This document shows, in pieces, positions 45,761 to 52,605 of a stretch of DNA of 64,000 bases. Source of the DNA: Oscillospiraceae bacterium (GTDB lineage: Bacteria > Bacillota > Clostridia > Oscillospirales > Ruminococcaceae); the NCBI GenBank assembly GCA_017847875.1, contig JAGASN010000009.1, forward strand, positions 41,604 to 105,603. The letters run 5' to 3'. Position 1 is the first letter of the stretch. Each line of letters opens with the position of its first letter. Position numbers and translations under genes: made by a program. The notes beneath the pieces are model-generated. The model had not been told where the DNA came from and ran no database searches. It saw nothing but the letters and a program-made list of their open reading frames with translations.

Positions 45761-46528
45761 ATGAAAGTCATTACCGAGATGGTGCTCCGCAATGAGCTTA
45801 AAGGCGAATGCCCTCCTGTGTACTATGTACCGAAGGACAAACTCCTTTCTCCTGCCGCAAAGGAATATCTGAACCAGCTCAAAATCAAAGTTGAGTTCGG
45901 TGACCCGCCGGCAGCTCCTGCGCCTGCAGCATCCAATAACAAAGGTTCCGCAATCAGCGATACTCCTGTCGGAGCAAAATACGTTGATGAACTTACCGGA
46001 GCTTTTTATGTCAAAAAGCCGGAGTATATGTGCCAGCTTTTCGGTAATAGATTGGTTTATAAAAATCATCCAAGGATTGCTTTCCGCGGTAAACTTGACA
46101 GCATGAGTTCCACTGTGGTCCAGATCCAGGCAGAAATTGCCGCGACCAGCGGACCCCAGAAACTCATCGACGATCTTGGTGACATCAACAAGGTGCTCAA
46201 CCAGATCATGTACTGTGAAGTTATGGATGAAGAAATGGGCGTAATGAACATTCTCGGACTTACTCCGGAAGAACTTCGCGCTCGTTCCCACAATCCGCAG
46301 AAGTATTTTAACATTAAGCAGATGCTTCTCCCTAACTATACTATGGGAGTTGATTACACCAAACTTAATGTGCTCCGTGCGAAAGTACGTGAGCTTGAGC
46401 TTGCTGCTCTCGATTGCTTTGTTGACGGCAAAAACGTCAAACAACCCGAGATCATCAGGACTCTCAACCGCCTTTCCAGTGCATTCCACATCATGATGTG
46501 CATGTATCTGGCAGGTGAATATAAATAA
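45761..46528 (+). CDS. eutT: EutT-type ATP:cob(I)alamin adenosyltransferase lacking the CCxxC metal motif
   Basis: Collinear, from my recollection of Salmonella EutT, with ITE..LR...TP.A...L N-terminal module, HPRIAFRGKLDS, LNVLRAKVRELE and LNRLSSAFHIMMCMYL. No CCxxC cluster is present. Confidence 0.8.
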   Translation: MKVITEMVLRNELKGECPPVYYVPKDKLLSPAAKEYLNQLKIKVEFGDPPAAPAPAASNNKGSAISDTPVGAKYVDELTGAFYVKKPEYMCQLFGNRLVYKNHPRIAFRGKLDSMSSTVVQIQAEIAATSGPQKLIDDLGDINKVLNQIMYCEVMDEEMGVMNILGLTPEELRARSHNPQKYFNIKQMLLPNYTMGVDYTKLNVLRAKVRELELAALDCFVDGKNVKQPEIIRTLNRLSSAFHIMMCMYLAGEYK

Positions 46529-46543
46529 TTTAGGAGGAGACTC

Positions 46544-47161
46544 ATGGCTGTAGAAAAAGTCGTAGAGGCCGTTATTGATGAAATCAGAAACGCCGGACTT
46601 GTTCAATTGGAGGTCTCCGCCAGACACGTGCATCTTGACAAAGAGTGTGTAGAAGCACTTTTCGGCAGAGGCTATCAGCTTACTCACGTAAGAGAACTTA
46701 GCCAGCCCGGTCAGTATCTTGAGCAGGAGAGAGTTGACGTTGTTGGTCCGAAAGGCACCTTCAAAAACGTCGCAGTTCTCGGCCCGGAGAGAAAGCACGT
46801 TCAGGTTGAGGTCTCGTTCAGCGATGCTTTCGCCCTTGGAATCAATCCCCCGATCAGACAGTCGGGAGACACCAAAGGTTCCGCAAGCGTAAAACTTGTT
46901 GGTCCCAAAGGTGAAATTACTATTGACGAAGGCGCAATTGTCGCTCTTCGCCACGTTCACATGACTCCCGAAGATGCAGAAAGACTCGGCCTTGTTGATA
47001 ACCAGGTCGTTTCCGTAGAAGCTCTTACCGACAGAAGAACCATCTTCCCGGATACCGTAATCAGAGTTTCTCCCAATTTCCGCACCAGAATGCATGTTGA
47101 CGTTGACGAAGCCGGCGCCGCACATATTGCTGGTTTTGCACTTGGCAGAATTATTAAATAA
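46544..47161 (+). CDS. pduL: phosphate acyltransferase PduL type
   Basis: 205 aa. VSARHVHL, QPGQYLEQERVDVVGPKG, ALRHVHMTPEDA, RMHVDVDEAGAA. N-terminal helix AVEKVVEAVIDEIRNAG. Confidence 0.9.
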   Translation: MAVEKVVEAVIDEIRNAGLVQLEVSARHVHLDKECVEALFGRGYQLTHVRELSQPGQYLEQERVDVVGPKGTFKNVAVLGPERKHVQVEVSFSDAFALGINPPIRQSGDTKGSASVKLVGPKGEITIDEGAIVALRHVHMTPEDAERLGLVDNQVVSVEALTDRRTIFPDTVIRVSPNFRTRMHVDVDEAGAAHIAGFALGRIIK

Positions 47162-47176
47162 GGATGTATTTAGAAA

Positions 47177-48007
47177 ATGGTCGATCTTGAAACAATAAAC
47201 GCATACATGGCTCGTGTTACCGAGACCGAAACTATCGTTCACAAGCCGTGTTCCAATAAGCTTAAGGTTGGCGTTGACCTTGGTACCGCTTATATCGTAA
47301 TCGTTGTTCTCGATGAGGACAACAACCCCGTTGCCTGCGAAAAGCAGTTTGCACAGGTTGTCAAGGACGGCGTCCTTGTTGATTACGGCGGCGCTTGCAG
47401 AATTCTCAGAGAGCTGAAGAAAAAGCTTGAAGACCGTCTCGGTGTTGAGCTTACCGAAGCAGCTATCGCGATGCCTGCAGGAACCGAATCCAGCACCAAG
47501 ACCCACAAATATTGTGTTGAGGGAGCAGGTTTTGACGTTATCAACGTCCTTGATGAACCTACTGCCGCAAACGCCATCTATGGTATTACCGACGGTGTCG
47601 TAGTTGACATCGGTGGCGGTACCACAGGCCTTGCTATCTTCAAAGACGGCAAAGTAGTTGAAGTCGATGACGAGCCTACCGGTGGTACCCACCTTTCTCT
47701 CGTTCTTGCCGGAAGCTACGGAATTTCTTTCGAGGATGCCGAGAAGATCAAAACCGATTACACCAGACACAGAGAGATTCTCCCTATTGTCAAACCTGTA
47801 ATCGAAAAGATGGCCACTATCGTAAAAAAATATACATCCAGATATAACATCGACACCATCTATCTTTGCGGTGGTACTTGCTGCCTTACCGGAATGGAGA
47901 AAGTGTTCGAAGATACAGTTGGCATCAAAACCATTAAACCCGCGGACCCGTTCCTGGTTACACCTACCGGTATAGCCATGAACTGCCTGGTCGAAGACGA
48001 CCAGTGA
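47177..48007 (+). CDS. eutJ: ethanolamine utilisation protein EutJ (actin/Hsp70-fold ATPase)
   Basis: VGVDLGTAYIVIVV, LDEPTAANAI, VVDIGGGTTGLAIFKDGKV, EPTGGTHLSL, PIVKPVIEKMATIV. Collinear with E. coli EutJ. Confidence 0.9.
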   Translation: MVDLETINAYMARVTETETIVHKPCSNKLKVGVDLGTAYIVIVVLDEDNNPVACEKQFAQVVKDGVLVDYGGACRILRELKKKLEDRLGVELTEAAIAMPAGTESSTKTHKYCVEGAGFDVINVLDEPTAANAIYGITDGVVVDIGGGTTGLAIFKDGKVVEVDDEPTGGTHLSLVLAGSYGISFEDAEKIKTDYTRHREILPIVKPVIEKMATIVKKYTSRYNIDTIYLCGGTCCLTGMEKVFEDTVGIKTIKPADPFLVTPTGIAMNCLVEDDQ

Positions 48008-48053
48008 CCATATCTTTTCCAATGGAAATGCATTGAAAAAGAAGGTGATAATT

Positions 48054-48791
48054 ATGGATATGGATTTGTTAATTGAGCTTGCAGTCCGTGCCGTAAAAGC
48101 TTATCTTGAAAAAGAAGGCGTTGTTGCGGCAGCAGCACCGGTGGAACCCAGAAAAGCTCTTGTTCTTACTGAAGAACACTGCGGCGAAACCTGTTCCATC
48201 GAAAACTACGGAAGTGAGCTGTGCAAAGTTGATTGTGCTCTTGCACAGAATTACGAAGTCAATGTTGATGATTACGACGTTGTCGTTGTCAGAAGCATGA
48301 CTAACAGCAATTTGTTCAAGATCGCCAACGGCTGCACTGACAATAAGTTCCTTGCCCTTGCGGCCGAAGCGATCCTGAAGGGTAAACGCGTAATTATGGT
48401 TAAAGAGTGCGTTGAAATTCTCAAATATGCAGAAACCGCACCCAAAGCTCTGTATAATAACATTTATAAGAATCTCCAGATTCTCCTCGACAGCGGCGTT
48501 GAGCTTGTTGAAGAGGAAAACGTAAAAACCGCCCTTACCGACGGTATTAAAGTTCCGGCAGAAGTTCCCGCAACTCCGGCTCCCGCAGCCGTAAAAGAGG
48601 AAGCTCCGGCTCCTGCTCCTAAAGCAGAATCCGCAGATTCCGTCCTTGTGCTCACAAAACGCGTTGTAACTGAAAGAGATATTAAAGAAGCTGCTGCAAA
48701 GCACTATAAAAAGATTCAGCTTCCCGAGAAGCCTGTAATCACTTATCTCGCTAAAGATACCGCATTTGAGCTTGGCATCGAACTTCTCTGA
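48054..48791 (+). CDS. uncharacterised microcompartment-associated protein (amphipathic N-helix, Rossmann/flavoprotein-like core, Pro/Ala linker, EutT-N-like C-terminal module)
   Basis: 245 aa from ATG 48054, which follows GAAGGTGA. The track start is TTG 48033. Embedded between eutJ and eutN. Domain description is from reading the sequence only. Confidence 0.75.
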   Translation: MDMDLLIELAVRAVKAYLEKEGVVAAAAPVEPRKALVLTEEHCGETCSIENYGSELCKVDCALAQNYEVNVDDYDVVVVRSMTNSNLFKIANGCTDNKFLALAAEAILKGKRVIMVKECVEILKYAETAPKALYNNIYKNLQILLDSGVELVEEENVKTALTDGIKVPAEVPATPAPAAVKEEAPAPAPKAESADSVLVLTKRVVTERDIKEAAAKHYKKIQLPEKPVITYLAKDTAFELGIELL

Positions 48792-48813
48792 TATTTAACG
48801 GAGGTATTACCTA

Positions 48814-49101
48814 ATGAGAATTGGTGTAGTAATAGGCAGTGTTTGGGCAACCAGAAAAGAACCCAAACTCGAAGGACTCAAACTTCTTATTGTTGCTCCT
48901 CTTGACTACAAGATGAAAGGCAACACAACCCGTGAACCGTATATTGCGGCTGACGTTGTTGACGCCGGTATCGGCGACAGAGTCCTTATCGTTAACGGTA
49001 ACCCGGCAAGATATGCCGTCGGAACCAGTGTGCCTATCGATGCCGCGATAGTTGGTGTTATTGATGACACCGTTCTTTCCAATCTTGAATCTTTTCAGTA
49101 A
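48814..49101 (+). CDS. eutN: BMC vertex (pentamer) protein EutN/CcmL family
   Basis: MRIGVVIGSVWATRKEPKLEGLKLLIV...GDRVLIVNG...IDAAIVGVID. Confidence 0.93.
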   Translation: MRIGVVIGSVWATRKEPKLEGLKLLIVAPLDYKMKGNTTREPYIAADVVDAGIGDRVLIVNGNPARYAVGTSVPIDAAIVGVIDDTVLSNLESFQ

Positions 49102-49333
49102 TTGAGAAAGAATGAACCTTGAAAAATCCTGTTTTTCCGTTTCAAAAAACAGGTACATTATTGTCATTCAAGGAAAAGTATGCAACTGATTATAATACAT
49201 ATTTGCGCTTTCGATAAGCGGCCTCCTTTTGGAGTATCACGCGCAAGCTTTCAGTATTTGGTTTTCTTTTGCATACGAACCTTTTATGAATATAGTTTGA
49301 GATATAACTTAAATTTTTTAGGAGGTCAATATT

Positions 49334-50590
49334 ATGTTCGATTTCTCTGAACTCGTTGCAGCATGGAACGAAACCCTTCCTCTCTTTGGACAGTCCGTTT
49401 CTGCTTGGGTTGATGGCCTTGCAATCAACTCTGTTGTTGTTATGATCATGATGCTCTTCATGCTCTGGGGCGCAATTGACAAAATTATGGGTAACAAATT
49501 TGGTTATGGCGAACAGTGGGAAGAAGGCCTTAACTGCATGGGCCCGCTCGCAGTATCCATGGCTGGTGTAGTAGCAGTTGCTCCTATCCTTGCTCTCGTA
49601 CTCAACCCCATCGTTGGACCTATCTACGGCCTTGTTGGCGCAGATGCTTCCATGTTTGCTACCACCCTTCTCGCTTGCGACATGGGCGGTTATCCTCTTG
49701 CTATGGCTATGGCTGCTAACGAAGCAATCGGTAACTATGCTGGTCTTATCCTCGGCACCATGATGGGCCCGACCATCGTATTCACCATCCCCGTAGCTCT
49801 TGGTATCATTGCTCCCGAAGACAGATCTTACCTCGGCGCAGGTACTCTCGTTGGTGTTGTAACCATTCCTGTAGGCTGCATTGCTGGTGGTTTCTGCATG
49901 AACGCAATGACTTCTTACAAACTTTCCGTTGGTGAAATCTTCATCAACATGATCCCTGTTGTTATCATCGCTGCTGCTATCGCTGCTGGCCTTTGGTTCG
50001 CTCCTTCCGCAATGATGAAAGGCTTCGACAAATTCGGTACCGGCATCACCATTTTCATCACTGCTATGACCGCTATCGCAATCTTCGAAACCAACACTGG
50101 TATCCTCTTCCCGCTCTTCAGCGACATGGTTGACGTAACCAGAACCGGTGCTGTTAACGCATACGACGCTGGTACTTCCGGCCTTGCATCTGGTCTTCTT
50201 ACCTGCGGTAACATCGCTATCGTTCTTGCTGGTGCATACCCCATGGTAAAATTCATCACCGACAAATTCGGTAAAGCTCTCGAAAAACTCGGCGCAATGC
50301 TCGGCATGAACGCTGCAGGTTCTGCAGGTCTTGTTGCAACCCTTGCTAACAACATCGCAATGTTCAACATCCTCAAAGACATGAACCCGAAAGCAAAACT
50401 CCTCAACTGCGCATTCGCAGTATCCGCAGCATTCGTATTCGGCGACCACCTCGGCTTCTGCGCTGGTAACAACGCTGAAATGATCGGCCCGATGATCGTT
50501 GGTAAACTTGTTGCTGGTATCCTTGCAGTAGTTCTCGGCCAGTTCATGGCTCCCGCACTTCTCGCAAAAATCCCCGGCGCTGACAAATAA
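49334..50590 (+). CDS. eutH: ethanolamine transporter EutH
   Basis: 418-aa polytopic membrane protein with FGYGEQWEEGL, LLACDMGGYPLA and GTMMGPTIVFTIPVALGI. Confidence 0.9.
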   Translation: MFDFSELVAAWNETLPLFGQSVSAWVDGLAINSVVVMIMMLFMLWGAIDKIMGNKFGYGEQWEEGLNCMGPLAVSMAGVVAVAPILALVLNPIVGPIYGLVGADASMFATTLLACDMGGYPLAMAMAANEAIGNYAGLILGTMMGPTIVFTIPVALGIIAPEDRSYLGAGTLVGVVTIPVGCIAGGFCMNAMTSYKLSVGEIFINMIPVVIIAAAIAAGLWFAPSAMMKGFDKFGTGITIFITAMTAIAIFETNTGILFPLFSDMVDVTRTGAVNAYDAGTSGLASGLLTCGNIAIVLAGAYPMVKFITDKFGKALEKLGAMLGMNAAGSAGLVATLANNIAMFNILKDMNPKAKLLNCAFAVSAAFVFGDHLGFCAGNNAEMIGPMIVGKLVAGILAVVLGQFMAPALLAKIPGADK

Positions 50591-50724
50591 TTAATTTAAA
50601 TATTAGTTGTTTTTCAATGCTACCTTTTTGGAGCGCCTATTGCCGCGATAGGCGCTCCTCTTAAAGATTTTTTAAACAAGGCTCCTTCGAGCCCTTATTC
50701 TTATACAGAAGGAGGCGCATATCA

Positions 50725-51180
50725 ATGAACATCAGTGAAGAACTGATTAAGGAGATTGTCGCCAAAGTCTGCGCAAATATGAACGAAGCAGATAGCGTTC
50801 CTTTTGAAAGAAACGTTCTCTCCAACGGCATGATGAGCATCAAAACTGCAACTGTTGAGTGCGAGCCTTTCCCCTTCGAAATCGGCGATGCACAGGACAA
50901 AACTTTTGCAACCGACGTTCTTTCTCTTGAAGAATCTCCTCGTCTTGGCGCTGGCGTAATGGAAATGAAAGCAGGAGCAGAGTTCCCCTGGACCCTTAAC
51001 TATGATGAAGTTGAATACATCATCGACGGTACCATCGTACTCAAATCCGAAGCTGGCAACGTAACTGCACATGCAGGCGATATGACCTATATCCCCAAAG
51101 GCACCAGCATTCATTTCTCCACCCCCGATTACGTAAGATTCATTTACGTAACCTACCCTGCAGACTGGGCAAATCAGTAA
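50725..51180 (+). CDS. eutQ: EutQ cupin-fold protein
   Basis: 151 aa. Cupin core LGAGVMEMK...WTLNYDEVEYIIDGTI...GDMTYIPKGTSIHF. N-terminal helix ISEELIKEIVAKVCANM. Confidence 0.88.
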   Translation: MNISEELIKEIVAKVCANMNEADSVPFERNVLSNGMMSIKTATVECEPFPFEIGDAQDKTFATDVLSLEESPRLGAGVMEMKAGAEFPWTLNYDEVEYIIDGTIVLKSEAGNVTAHAGDMTYIPKGTSIHFSTPDYVRFIYVTYPADWANQ

Positions 51181-51194
51181 TTTATTATTGATTT

Positions 51195-51223
51195 AAAAAA
51201 CACCGCTTTGGCGGTGTTTTTTT
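51195..51223 (+). terminator. rho-independent terminator ending the eut operon
   Basis: CACCGC-TTTG-GCGGTG hairpin flanked by AAAAAA and TTTTTTT. Confidence 0.85.
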
Positions 51224-51307
51224 GTGTCCGAATTTTGCTTTTCGGTTGTTATAAAATTCGTTTTGTGATAAAATATACATGGATTTTTAATGAAGCGAGG
51301 CGAAAAA

Positions 51308-52102
51308 ATGCCTGATTATAAAATAATCGACGTACATAACCATATCTATCCGGAAAAAATTGTGAGCAAAGCAACGGACGCCATCGGAGATTTTTACGAT
51401 ATCGATATGCAGCATCTCGGAACCGGCAATGAACTTGTTGCGGCAGGGAAGAAGGCAGGAATTGAAAAATTTGTGGTTTGTTCCGCTGCAACAACTCCCG
51501 CGCAGGTTCAGATAATAAATAACTTTATTGCGTCGGAATGTGAAAAACATCCGGAATTCATCGGATTTGGAACTTTGCATCCGGGTTTTGAAGATTGCGA
51601 AACGGAAATTAAAAGAATGAAGGAAATGGGGCTCACCGGAGTGAAACTCCATCCGGATTTCCAGAAGTTTTATATAGATGATCCAAAAGCTTTGCCTATG
51701 TTCAAGGCGATTCGTGATAACAATATGTGGCTTATAGTACATCTCGGTGACGACAGATTTGAATATTCTCAGCCGGAAAGAATGGCAAAAGTTCTTGATG
51801 AAGTTCCGGGACTTAAGCTTATCGGCGCCCATTTCGGAGGATACCGCAGATGGGAATCCGCTCTCGATGTTTATAAACCCGGGACCCTTTATTTTGATAT
51901 TTCCAGCTCGCTCCATTTTATGAGCAAGGAGCTTGTTTTTAAGTTTTTTGATCGCTTCGGAATCGAAAATTTCTTTTGGGGAACGGATTTTCCGATGTGG
52001 GATCATAAGGAAGAACTGGAACTTTTCTTCAGCCTTGGGCTTTCGGAAGAACAGAACAGAATGATTCTTTATGATAATTTTGCGAAGGCTTACGGACTTT
52101 AA
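51308..52102 (+). CDS. TIM-barrel metal-dependent amidohydrolase (amidohydrolase_2-like)
   Basis: MPDYKIIDVHNHIYPEK, VKLHPDFQ, GTDFPMWD. ATG 51308 after GAGG is preferred over the track start 51290. Confidence 0.8.
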   Translation: MPDYKIIDVHNHIYPEKIVSKATDAIGDFYDIDMQHLGTGNELVAAGKKAGIEKFVVCSAATTPAQVQIINNFIASECEKHPEFIGFGTLHPGFEDCETEIKRMKEMGLTGVKLHPDFQKFYIDDPKALPMFKAIRDNNMWLIVHLGDDRFEYSQPERMAKVLDEVPGLKLIGAHFGGYRRWESALDVYKPGTLYFDISSSLHFMSKELVFKFFDRFGIENFFWGTDFPMWDHKEELELFFSLGLSEEQNRMILYDNFAKAYGL

Positions 52103-52151
52103 TTTTAGCTAAAATTTCATAGAAAAAATTATAAAAAACGCCCAAAAATGC

Positions 52152-52180
52152 TTGACAGTTGGGCGTTTTTCCTTTATAAT
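52152..52180 (+). promoter_or_regulatory. perfect-consensus sigma-A promoter of ylxM-ffh
   Basis: TTGACA (52152-52157), a 17-nt spacer and TATAAT (52175-52180). The -35 lies inside the upstream terminator-like hairpin. Confidence 0.7.
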
Positions 52181-52230
52181 AATATGGTAATTGTAAAGCA
52201 AATTACTTTACAAAAAAGGAGGTGAACACA

Positions 52231-52593
52231 ATGCCGAAGGATATGAATATTTCGCTTCTTTTCGATTTTTATGGCGAAATCTTAACCGAAAAACAGCAGG
52301 ACGTAATCGATTATTATTATAACGACGACCTTTCCCTTGCGGAAATTTCCGAGCACCTCGGTATAACAAGGCAGGGTGTTCGCGATTCCATAAAAAGGGC
52401 GGAAGCGACCCTTCTTGAAATGGAAGAAAAGCTCGGCCTTGCAAAACGTTTCCGCGAGATTCAGCGCGGACTTGATACTATCATTTCCGAAGCCCACGCT
52501 ATCGAAGACGACAGCATCCGCGGAGCCACTATCAGAGATATCACCCAGCACACCATGAAAATTGTGGAAGTTGCGGCACATCTTAACGATTAA
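52231..52593 (+). CDS. ylxM: YlxM/p13-like helix-turn-helix protein (UPF0122)
   Basis: LLFDFYGEILTEKQQDVIDYYYNDDLSLAEISEHLGITRQGVRDSIKRA, directly upstream of ffh. ATG 52231 follows AGGAGG. Confidence 0.88.
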   Translation: MPKDMNISLLFDFYGEILTEKQQDVIDYYYNDDLSLAEISEHLGITRQGVRDSIKRAEATLLEMEEKLGLAKRFREIQRGLDTIISEAHAIEDDSIRGATIRDITQHTMKIVEVAAHLND

Positions 52594-52605
52594 CGGAGGA
52601 ACAAA

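Noticed and set aside
45743-48022. A 759-codon open frame on the minus strand, antisense to eutT, pduL and eutJ.
   Set aside because: It shows the same codon-bias artefact as above. It has no RBS context or recognisable motifs, and the plus-strand genes are strongly supported.
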